Of a stretch of DNA of 64,000 nt, positions 13,118-23,900 are shown in pieces (position 1 is the stretch's first letter; each line of letters opens with the position of its first letter). The stretch comes from Marsupella aquatica (lineage: Eukaryota; Plantae; Marchantiophyta), in the NCBI GenBank assembly GCA_973895155.1, contig OZ316899.1:14759934-14823933 (forward strand), given 5' to 3'. A model generated the notes under the pieces. That model did not search any database, was not told where the DNA came from, and saw only the letters and a program-made list of their open reading frames with translations. Position numbers and translations under genes: made by a program.

Positions 13118-14941
13118 TTGGTGGTGGTGCTGTTGCAGCTTGTCATCACGGAGCAGTTTGGTGGTCCTGTTGGGGACCTTGGTGCTGACACTGGTGGTTT
13201 TACACGGAGTGGATTGAGGTATCAACTACCTTTTCCACTACCGTTAGTTGATGAGGACGAGGACGAGGGTGTTCCAGACATCAAGTCTTCAGTTGTATTG
13301 TCCAGTATAGCAACCCCATTGATTTGGGATATGGACAGGATGTATGGGGGCATGAAGGGCCCACGACGTTACTCAGGGGCAGTGGGCACCATTGAGTTGG
13401 AGGACTTCATTCAGGAGTTTGATACATGGTGTGATATGCAGATGTTGCGTAATGCCACGTTATTTACACCTTTCTTGGCATGGAAGGGGTTGTTTCAACA
13501 CTTGGAGGGGCCTCCCATGGATGATTATCATGAGTTCCGGAAGGACCATGCTATTGAGATTGAGGCATGGAGACAACATTGGTCTCCAGCCTATGTGTCT
13601 ATCACTCAGGGTGGTGTTGGTACTAGTGGAGGCACTAGTGGAGGTGCTAGTGGAGGCACCAGTGGAGACACTAGTGGAGGCACTAGCGCTCCACCTTCGT
13701 TCAGCCCAGTTACAGAGTTCTTCAAGAGGTTGAAGAAGAACTACCAGGGGGTGAAGACAGAGAAGTTGAGGAGTCTTCAGGAGTTTGAGAGAAAGACTGG
13801 TGAGAGTCTTTGTGAGGCATACACTTGTATGCGGCGTTTGATTTCAGTTACTCAGGGTGTGACTGAGGCACAGGCTGTCCAGTTTTGGTATGGGATTTTG
13901 GACAGAGAGTTGCGGAGGAGGGTACGTGATGCTACTCTGATGAGTGATGATCCACCCACGTTGTCCCGTGTGTTTGCTTTGGCTAAGAAGATTGAGCTTA
14001 ACATGGTGGAGGAGAGGGTAGTGACATCTGCATTCAGTAGGAATATAGCTACTACTTCTCGAGTTCAGCCAGCCACTTTACAATCTCGTAGTAGTGGTGG
14101 TGGTGGTAGTAGTGGGAGTCGTGGAGGTTCAGCACGACCTCAGTCAGGTTCTAGAGGGACGAGTGTGCAGAGACCGTTGGCTTCATATGCTGCCCAGTAG
14201 CAAGGACCAGTGTGTTGGACATGTGGAGGTGATCATGTTCGGAGGGTTTGTCCCCAGGAGAGTGGGGGACGGAGTTTAGAGGATGGATCTCAGTCAGCCC
14301 AGGTGCAGTGTGATCATTGTGGTCGAGCAGGTCATCCTCGAGACCGTTGTTTTGACCTATACCTAGAGTTGAGGATGGGTGGTCAAGGTCGTGGTGGAGC
14401 ACCTCAGAGAGGCCGATGTGGTGGAGCTGGTAGAGGTGGTAGGGGTGGTAGAGGTCCACCAGCAGTTGGAGCACCTATAGTGGCTGCCCCTCCCCCTACA
14501 ACAGAGGCTGCTATGGCGGCTAGGATTGAGCAATTGGAGCAGAGACTTGCTACTATGGCTGGTATTCCACCTCGAGCAGGTTCGGGAGTAGGGGCTTCCA
14601 CGTCTTATGGGGGGGATGATCTCTCTTATATGGCAAGTGCGGCACAAGTTGAGGCATCAGTTGCATTGACGAGAGGTGCAACTAGAGCTTTAGAGCCACG
14701 TGGTGCCACTGTGGAGTTGGACCCACAGAAGGGTGAGGCTGGGAGGCAGGCTAGGCTTCCCCAGTCATTCTTGTTGTCAGAGGTGCTTAGGACTCCATCC
14801 ATGGTTCCTATGAGACCTGTTGAGCCGATAGTGGATACAAGGGCATCTACATCACGTGTAGTAGACACAGATGTAGCCTCTAGTGCAGTGTTTGCAGATG
14901 GCAATCTCAGTATTAGGATCCTCATTGTTTTCTGCAACTGA
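13118..14941 (+). pseudogene. gag: Gag with two zinc knuckles (in-frame TAG at 14198-14200)
   Basis: FTRSG N-terminal motif, retrotransposon gag-like helical region, CWTCGGDHVRRVC and CDHCGRAGHPRDRC, RGG-rich tail. Confidence 0.8.
13619..13688 (+). repeat. 12-bp in-frame tandem repeat (GGTS)n within gag
   Basis: ggcactagtgga-like unit repeated about 5-6 times. Confidence 0.8.
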
Positions 14942-15169
14942 ATTGATGGCCTCAGGAGTTGACATGACTCGTGTATTTCAACTAGCTGGCACGTTGTGTG
15001 AACGTGGGAGTGTTGCTGCTACGAGTGCTGAGGTGTGTGAGGGTGTTGTTGTTGAGCAACCCTTAGTGTCAGATGTTGCATTAAGTACCGATGCTACTTG
15101 GCAGGCGGCAGCGGCGAGGATGGATGCATTACCAGCCCGACCAGCCATTGATCATGAGAGACTTACACC

Positions 15170-15600
15170 TGGAGTATGTATGTTGGACAACCGAACTGGT
15201 GTCTTTCAATTGGTGAGTCCTTCAGGACAGGTGTATAGACCAGAGAGGGTGTTGTTGGACTCTGGTGCCCAACCCTTGATGTTGGGGAAGGCAACTTGTA
15301 TTGGTTTGGGTATTTGGAGGTCAGAGTTGGAGCCATGCCCATTCCAGATTCAGACATCACTTGGAGGAGCCAGTGATAGGTCTCACTTCATGACATGGGA
15401 GAGGGTGTCAGTGCAGATGAGGCCAGATCATGCGACTGATAGCTCTACATTACGAGTGATTGCTGTGGTGACATCAGCAGAGTCATATGATGTACTAGTT
15501 GGAGGTGCAGTGTTGTACCCAATGGGTTTTCAGATGGACTATTGGACTGAGACAGCAGCCTTTAGACCTGGTTGGCAGTCTGGTGATGGACGTTTGAGCC
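15170..15600 (+). pseudogene. Aspartic protease domain
   Basis: VLLDSGAQ catalytic motif and downstream YDVLVGGAVL motif in ORF 14883-16256; domain limits approximate. Confidence 0.85.
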
Positions 15601-15983
15601 AGGTGCCTGTGAGGTTTATTTGTGGGGTTAGACCAGGAGGGACTTCCCCAGAGGTATTGGCATCAGTTGTTGGTTTTAGTGGAGTGGTCACTTGGCCAGG
15701 GGATTTGTTGGAGGGTAACCTCTTAACCGTGGATTCTCTAGTCTATGAGGAGGTAGAGGAGGTCTTTAGTTTGGCGGCAGTGGTACCCTCCTTGTTGGAT
15801 GTTCCACTTTGGAGTTCAGGTGGAGTGTTGAGGCAGAAGGTTGATCATTTGATATCACAAGCTTGGAGTACACCCTTTGTACCTGTGGAGGTAGAGACTC
15901 CAAGACGAGCTCCTATTGGTGGTCCAGTGGGGTTGTCTCCTTTGGATACAACACCCATTGTTTGGGAGTATCCACCAGAGGGT

Positions 15984-16900
15984 ATTTGTGTGTTGGACCT
16001 CTTTGGTGGGATTAGCACTGGTTTGGCTGTAGTGTTGCAGGCCGGGATACCCGTGAGGAAGTATTTGTATGTGGAGAGAGATGAGACCGCGAGGAGGGTT
16101 TCATCACGACATCTTGCATTGTTGTCACAGTCCACAATTTGGGGGTATCAACGGAGTTTGCCATCAGACATTTCATTGTTGGGGGCGCAAGACCTTGAGA
16201 GGGTTGGCCCTATTGATTTGGTGATTGCTAGATGGCCATGTCAGGGACATACTTAGGCTGGTCATGGTGGAGGGTTACATGACCCTCGTTCTCATTTGTT
16301 TTGGGAGATGTTGCAGGTGTTGCGTCATCTTCAAGTGCATCAGGCACGTGCTCCAGCTTACATTCTGGAGAATGTCCCTTTGTTGGGTGATACTAGATCT
16401 CATGTGATCACGGCTGCACATGAGGTAGGTCATGGATTGGACCAGCTGTTTTGTTGGATGCAGCGAGGGTGGGCTCGCGTGCACATCGTCCACGGTTGTG
16501 GTGGACAAACTTGTTACCCAAGGAGCTTTTGAGGTGCGCCTATGATGCAATCCAACGGCCTCTATCTCTCACCGTGGATAGTATTTTGGATGGTGGACGA
16601 CATTCTCAGGTGGTGAGAGCAGTGGATAGGTCACCCATGGCAATAGTGAACCTTGTGGGGCAGCCTAGAATGGCTTTGCCTACATTTGTGAGTTTTCCCT
16701 CGTCACATGCCTATGGGGATGGTGGTCCTGGGCTTGTATGGGATTCTCATGTGCGCCAGTTGGTGGAGCCCAACGCTGATGAGAGAGAGCGTGCTATGGG
16801 GTTTCCTACCGGTGTGACATTAGTCTCTTTAGTTTCAGAGGCATCACGTTGCCAGGTGTTGGGTCAGGCTATGGACCTAAACTGTTTGACGTGGATTGTG
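15984..16900 (+). pseudogene. C5 cytosine DNA methyltransferase domain (DNMT3-like) inside pol; one TAG and one frameshift
   Basis: Motif I VLDLFGGISTG, II YVERD, IV DLVIARWPCQG, VI ILENV, VIII AHRPRLWWTNL, IX ERERAMGFP, X LGQAM, in canonical order. Confidence 0.93.
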
Positions 16901-17199
16901 AGCCTTGCGATGGCCGAGCAGCGGAGACTTAGGACCATGTCTGTGGTTACTTCACCCGTGGTGATGAGCTCGTTGCCTTCTGGGAAGGTAGAGGCATCGG
17001 CTGGGGGCAAGGAGAGTGGTAGTTTGCATCCTTGGAGTACATGGGATGTGATGCATGGGCATGTAGAGTTGGTGGCCCATGCTGGTGGAGGAGTTGTTTG
17101 CTCAAATGATGGTGTAAAGGAGCATGTGCCATCGTTTGAGGAGGTGGCATAGCAACCAATGGCGTCGTCCTCTTCCTCTAGTGTACCGGTAGAGGAGAC

Positions 17200-20100
17200 T
17201 TGGGAGCCATCACTTGGACCCAAGCTGACAGGAGGTGAACAACGATGGTTGACACAATTCCTACATGCTTATAGGAGTTGTTTTGCCTTTAGCATGAAGG
17301 AGTTGGGTGCTTTGGTTGGACCTGGTATACGGATTGATTTGGCTAGTGATACGCCAATCCCTACAGATATAGTGATATGGAGAGGGACTTGATTCGGAGT
17401 AAGATGCTGGACCTTTTGGAGGCTGGATTAGTGGAGTTGTCGCATGGGGAGTATGTGTCAGCCACTGTCATGCCTGTCAAAAAGGATGTGCATGGCAACT
17501 ACATAGAGAGGCGGATGTGTGGAGATTACCGTCCTATCAATTGGCAGACAAAGGCCGATAGGTATGCCATGCCCACACCTGAGGAGATCTTTGATGTGGT
17601 GGGACATGCAAGGATTTTCAGTACTTTGGATCTTTGGGCAGGATACCATCAGTTGCCGATTTGAGTGAGTGACAAGGCCAAGACAACATTTTGGGGAGTC
17701 AACTCATATGGCAAGGATTGTTTGTATCAGTGGCGATTCTTACCCTTTGGGTTGAAGAATGCACCTGCCAAGTTTCAGAGAGTGATGGACAGGATCCTAG
17801 CAGGATTGGATTTTGTTTGGTGTTACATTGATGATATCTTGGTGTTCAGTGATACTGTGGAGGAGCACCAACAACATTTGCAGATTGTGTTTGAGCGATT
17901 GAAAACAACATTTGCAGATTGTGTTTGAGCGATTGAAAGCTCATGGTCTACGGTTACATCCAGGAAAGTGTAGGTTCTTCCATGAGGATGTTGAGTACTT
18001 GGGTCATGTGATCTACCCAAGTGGTTTGGGGGTCCAACGGGCAAAGGTTGAGGCTATTGCACGTATCCCTCGGCCGACAGATGTGAGTAGAGTTCGGGCA
18101 TTCATGAGATTGGCAAACTACTATCGGCGATATGTGAAGGGATTTAGTGTTGTAGCAAAGCCTTTGAACAAGTTGTTGAAGTCTGATCAGGAGTGGCAGT
18201 GGGGAGATGACCAGGAGAGAGCTTTTATGGAGCTCAAGGCCAAGTTGGTGTCTGCGCCTATCTTGAGGAGACCTATCAGGGGTCGCCCATTTCAACTGCA
18301 CACTGATTGGAGTATGTTGGGGATTGGAGCGGTGTTGACACAACATGATGATGAGAACAAGGAGTTTGTGGTGGCCTATGCAAGTTGTTCAAACAATGTA
18401 GCAGAATCAAGCTATGGTTCGTACGAGGGAGAGTGCTTGGCAGCAATGTGGGTTGTGGCACACTTCAGGTGTTACTTGTTTGGCACAGATTTTACCCTTG
18501 TTACTGATCACCAACCACTCAAGTGGTTGATGGAGTCTGATAAGCTTACAGGAAAGCTTGCACGGTGGGCTCTTATCTTACAGGAGTATGACTTTCAGGT
18601 GGTACATAGACCTAGAGTTACCAACCTTGATGCTGATGGGTTGAGTAGGAACCCATGTCCTAGTCAAGAGGATGATACTGGAGCTAGATGGCATGGAGAG
18701 GTTGATGAGGAGATGGTGCCAGGATGGCATGCATCTGCCTTTTTGTGTTTGTTGGGTGTGAACTCTAGTAAGGAGGATCACCTTACACCTTCCTATAGTC
18801 AGAGGGTAGATGGCCAGCCTGCAGATCCGGAGGTTGGAGATGGTGCTACAGATCAGCGTGATATTCATGATGATGCGTTGGTGTTAGAGTTCCTACGGAC
18901 CAGTAGGGTGCCAGGCATAGTGAGTGCCAAGGAGCGAGACCGTGTTCTCCAATGTGCTAGGAGGTACCGATTGGAGGGAACACATGTTCTCCGTGTGTGG
19001 GAGGATGGTAGAGTACGAGCGGTACCCCATATAGCTCAGAGAGAGCGCATTGTGCGACATGCTCATGAGGAGTTGGGACATTTTGGAGTAAAGCGTACGT
19101 ATAACTTACTTCTTGGTCAATATTGGTGGCGTGGCATGCACACTCAGGTGAAACAGTTGGTGTCACATTGTATGGTTTGCAATCGGGTGAGGGCATCTTT
19201 CAATGCCCCTACGCCACAGTTACACCCCTTACCTATTATGGGGTTGGGTTACTGTTGGAGTTTGGACTTTGCAGGACCATTACCGTTAACTAGGCGGCAT
19301 CATCGGTATGTGTTGGTGATGGTGGAGCACTTTTCTAAGTGGATTGAGTTGGTGGCATTGCCTGACAAGGCAAGTGAGGGAACGGCGTATGCATTTCTTG
19401 ATAGAGTGCTTAGTCATTTTGGTGCACTAGCGGAGGTGTTGACCGACCAGGGTATGGAGTTTCAGGGTGAGTTTCAGGTCTTGTGTGACAAGGCGTTGAT
19501 TGATCACCGGACCACATCTCAAGATCATCCAGAGGCGGATGGTTTGGCAGAGCGTGTTGTTTAGACAATGAAGAGGGGATTGCGCAAGTATGGCCTACAG
19601 AAGGGGCATCTTGGAGATTGGGACATTCAGTTGCCATGGTTAGCCATGGGTATAGGTTCAGTCATCAATCATCCTTGGCTTCCTTCTCACCTTATTTTCT
19701 ATTGTACGGCCGAGACCCAGACTTGCCCACAGCAATTCGTCAAGATTCTAGTGAGGTGGTGAACCTTGATGACCCAGAGGTGTGGCTGAGGGTGTGTTCT
19801 CAAAGGGCACAGCTCTTTCAGAGAGTTATGCCAACAGCGTTTGAGAACCTTGCCATTGCTCAACATAGAGATACGTTGCGTTATGCAACCATCCGGGGTG
19901 GAGGTTATCGACCATCCATTCGTAGGTTCCATGTGGGGGACTATGTCTATTTGCAGCAGACTGCACCGACAACATTGGATGTGACGGCAGGACGCACTAT
20001 CTTATGTGTGAGAGAGGTGTTGGCTTATGGAGTTCTCATGTTGGAGGGTCGTGATGGTGTTGTTTGGAAGGACCATGTGCGTAATTGTGCGCCATGTCAC

Positions 20101-20301
20101 CTCCCAAACGTGGATGGTACAGTGGACCCCAACTTTATAGTGATACATGTTAGCTTGAGGTGCATGTTGTGTGGGTCTGCTAGTGAAGCAGCCCATATGT
20201 TGGTTTGTGATAGGTGTTCTAGGGGTTGGCATATGTCATGCTTAACTCCACCTGTTGATGTTGTGCCTATTGGACGGTGGGTTTGTCCTTGGTGTACTTA
20301 G
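17200..20301 (+). pseudogene. pol: RT - RNase H - DDE integrase - PHD finger
   Basis: LPFGLKNAP, YIDD; TDWS..GECLAA..TDHQPL; HHCC (HEELGH..CMVC); WSLDFAGP, LTDQG, GLAER; C4HC3 PHD at 20161-20295. Confidence 0.95.
17871..17938 (+). repeat. 34-bp perfect tandem duplication that frameshifts RT
   Basis: acaacatttgcagattgtgtttgagcgattgaaa occurs twice in a row. Confidence 0.95.
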
Positions 20302-20462
20302 GAGGTGGATGACTTGATCTTCACATGGTATGGATTGCAGATGGGCAATTAACGATGGGGCAACATAGCACCTGGCCTTTTGATCCGTGCACCCACGAAG
20401 GTGTATAGCATGTAATAGATGGATAGGGCTACCTGGGAGTTAGAGGGACCTAACCGCCAGTT

Positions 20463-20472
20463 AGGGGGGCGA
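20463..20472 (+). promoter_or_regulatory. Polypurine tract upstream of B1
   Basis: aggggggcga; equivalent motif precedes B in copies B and C. Confidence 0.75.
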
Positions 20473-21060
20473 GTTGCGGTACACTGTCTTGTATTTGTGT
20501 ATGCTCTTGTCCATGTTATGCATGTATGTGAGTATGGCATGACCAGCAATGTATGTTGTATGACGATGTGGATTCGCACGACAGCTGTCATGACCATACG
20601 TAGCGTGCTAGACTATGTAGTGTGCTAGCGGAGTCCATACCTTAGATGGGCCGTAGTGCCTAGTTAGGAGTCTGGTTCCATGGTAGAGGGTTAGAGGGGG
20701 TGCCTTGTTGAGGGTGACTCCTCTAGTAGGACCCGCCCTTAGGGTTGGAGGGTATAGTGTGGAGAGACTCAAAGGACGGTTAGTTCTTTGAGTTGAGCCT
20801 TTGGCGTTGGGAGAGCCTTGGTAGTGAGTGGAGCTCCTTGGCTATGGTGTCCCGTTAGCTTCAACCTAGATTCTCCATTGCGGAGTGGGTTTGGCTTGTC
20901 TGTGTGTGTTCTTACGTGTTTTATGACAGTATGTCTTTCACGGATTTCAGTTGCAGTACACTGTCTTGTATTTGTGTATGCTCTTGTCCATGTTATGCAT
21001 GTATGTGAGTATGGCATGACCAACGATGTATGTTGTATGACGATGTAGATTCGCACGACA
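20473..21060 (+). repeat. B1 (20473-20583) - GC - A2 (20586-20949) - B2 (20950-21060)
   Basis: B1 and B2 are 111-bp direct repeats with 4 differences; A2 matches A1; junction palindrome GACAGCTGTC at 20580-20589. Confidence 0.95.
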
Positions 21061-23900
21061 AAGCAGAAGCATGCCAACTTGGCACCATCTCCTCGTCTGC
21101 CTCATCATGCCAACATGCTCCTGTCAAATCCCTCTGGCTTGGGCAGGGATTGCAACTCAATTCATCAGCATCCTGATGTAAGTGACCAGATCTATGCAAG
21201 GCCTCAAAATCATACTCCTCAAGTATGAGTGCCCAACAAGCAAGCTTACCAGTAAGCTTATCTGACTCCATCAACCATTTGAGTGGTTGGTGATCCGTAA
21301 CAAGAGTGAAGGGATTACCAAATAAGTAACATAAAAAATGAGCAATTGCCCACATTGCAGCCAAGCATTCTCCCTCATAGGAGCCATACTTTGATTCTGC
21401 AGTGTTATTCGATTGATTGGCATATGCTACCACAAACTCCCTTCCCTCATCATCCTGCTGAGTGAGCACTGCTCCAAGTTCCAACATGCTCCAATCAGTA
21501 TGCAACCTGAATGGAGCATGTGATAGGGAGCCCCCTGATAGGTCTCCTCAAGATGGGCGTTGATGTGAGCTTCTCCTTCAACTGATGGAAAGCTCTATCC
21601 TGGTCAGCACCCCACTGCCACTCATGGTCCAATCTCATAAGTAACGTCAAAGGTTTTGCAATTGCACTGAATCCTTTCACATAACTTTGGTAAAAGTTTG
21701 CAAGCCCCAAAATGCTTGGACTCTACTCACATCTGTAGGCTGAGGGATGCCAACAATTGCCTCCACCTTTGTCTACTGCACACCCAATCCACCTGGATAA
21801 ATGGTATGCCCTAAATATGCAATCTGGTCATGGAAGAACTTACATTTTCCAGGATGCGACTTCAATCCATGCTCTCTCAGCCGCTCAAACATCTACTGCA
21901 AATGTATAGCATGCTCCTCCACAGTGTCACAATAGACAATAATGTCATCGATATAACATTTGGCAAAATCCAGGTTTGCCAAAATCCGATCCATGACCCT
22001 CTAAAACTCAGCTGGCACATTCTTCAATCCAAACGGTAAGAATAACCACTGATACAACACATCCTTCCCATGAGCATCAATCCCCCAAAATGTTGTCTTT
22101 TGCCTATCACCAATCCTGATAGGCAGCTGGTGATATCCAGCCCTGAGATCCAATGTACTGAACACTCTCGCATGCCCAATTGCATCAAATATTTCCTCCG
22201 GTGTGGGCATGGCATATCTGTCAGACTTAGTCTACCGATTAATTGGACGATAGTCTCCACACATCCTCCTGTCAGTCCAATTGCCATGCATATCCTTCTT
22301 GGTTGGCATCACAGTGGTAGAAGCGTACTCATCAAATGACTTCTCCACAAGTCCTACTACCAACAAATCCTGGCACCTTGCCTAAATCAGTGCCCTCTCC
22401 ATATCTGAACATCGATATGGTCTTCAAAAGATGGGCGCATCAACTGCCAAATCTATCCGGATGCCTGGTCCCTTTAACATGCCCAAATCCTGCATGTTGA
22501 AAGCAAAACAACTTCCATAACTCTGTAGAAACTATCATACACATTGCCTCTCACCTCCAGTGATCTTGGGGCCAATAGTTGGCTCCCAACTGTCAATGGT
22601 AAGCTTGGCAGAAGGTGCAAAGAACGCCAATCGTGGTTGCTATGCTGCAACCTTAGGAGGAGCAATACCATGTTGCTACAAAAAATAAAGCCCACTGGCC
22701 TCTCCACTGACTCCCCACGAAGTCGAGGGATGACAATTTGTGACACTGTCACGTCGTTAGCCTGGGCCTTAACCCGGGCTTCGGCTTAGACAGGCACATC
22801 CTTCGTAAATATGAGGGTTCAGGCAGGGAGGGACGCACGGAATGCACCTAACTCCCGTAAACTAGCGCTAAGTGCGTCTACTATTACTTACGGACACCTC
22901 CTAGGTATGATTTGTGTTCCACCGCCGGAACGTACCTTAGTCAATAGCGGGATCGACCCCGGCTTACGGGCTTTTAAGCCTTTATGTTGTCCGCCTTTGA
23001 TCCGGATTCAATGATATGGGCACTCAACCCGGGCTCACAACCACTTACCCGCAAGCTGCACCCCGTGCATGGCTCAGGTAGTGCGTTCGGCCAAGCGTTG
23101 GCACCCATACACAAGATTCACACATACACACACACAAGCATACAATCTCGATTTACGCAAAGGAAATAATGGGAAAGGATTTTACTACACAGGTGGACAT
23201 ACACGTACACTAAGTTGACCCGAAAGCTCTTGAATGAACAGGTCCAAGGCCGAGGGTGTACACTACAATGGAGCCCGGCTCCGCACTCACCCAACAAGCT
23301 TAGTCCTACCCCCTCCCCTTGGTACTCTTTCACTCACAGAAGTCGGGACTCCCCGCACATACCGCGGATGTCCAACTCTAAGACTAAAAAAACCCCCTGC
23401 CTCTACCGATGAGTGCACTAAATACTAAGGGCTGAGGACCGGAGTGGTCTCAAGCCCAAATATTCACTAACTAAGATCCTAACTAAGCTGGCTGTCAGGC
23501 CGGAAAATGGCTTGTCTTATTAGAAGATTCTAATCTACGCAAGCTGGACAGTATGGCAATGCCGCTTTAACTAGGGCAGGTGCTTGTCCCTATAGCCCGA
23601 TTTAGCTACTCCTAACTCTATTTTAATCCTACTCCGCCGCTAATGTCTGGCACGCTTGCCAGAGCCGCCCGAGTGGGAGCGGCTATCCCGTTGCCTCTTG
23701 ATCCTGTCGGCATCCTGCTTGAGTAGCTGGACCTGATCCAGCAGAGATTTGTTCTCTCGCTTTGCCGCGTCTGTCTCCTCCGCGGTCTCCTGGCATGCCT
23801 CCTCTAGTTGTTGGACGTTGCTCGTCAGCTTCTCCACCAATTGGGCCTGCTTTGTGGCTTCTCCTTGAAGCCGTGCCATCTCTGTCTTCAGGGTGTCTAT

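Larger units (their letters stand above)
11099..21060 (+). mobile_element. Full-length Ty3/gypsy-type retroelement with DNA cytosine methyltransferase and PHD finger and split (A...B-A-B) terminal repeats (copy A)
   Basis: TGTC...GACA ends; TSD AAGC at 11095-11098 and 21061-21064; domain order gag, PR, DNMT, RT, RH, IN, PHD; several stops and frameshifts. Confidence 0.93.
8756..22746 (-). mobile_element. Degraded PHD-bearing Ty3/gypsy element (copy B), interrupted by copy A at 11099-21060 and cut off at 22746
   Basis: IN-PHD fragments 9545-11098 and RT/RNaseH fragments 21061-22600 (MPTPEEIFD..FSTLDLRAGYHQ, TDWSM..YEGECLAA). Removing copy A and one AAGC restores the frame WHASAYLCLL. Confidence 0.88.

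Noticed and set aside
15984-16900. DNMT as a host gene or bacterial contamination
   Set aside because: Intronless, in frame with the retroelement protease and enclosed by the element's termini and TSD
11099-21060. Classification as a DIRS/PAT/Ngaro tyrosine-recombinase element because of split repeats and a methyltransferase
   Set aside because: It has an aspartic protease, HHCC+DDE integrase, PPT and TSD; no YR motifs seen; the MTase is C5-type (PC, ENV), not the adenine type found in DIRS
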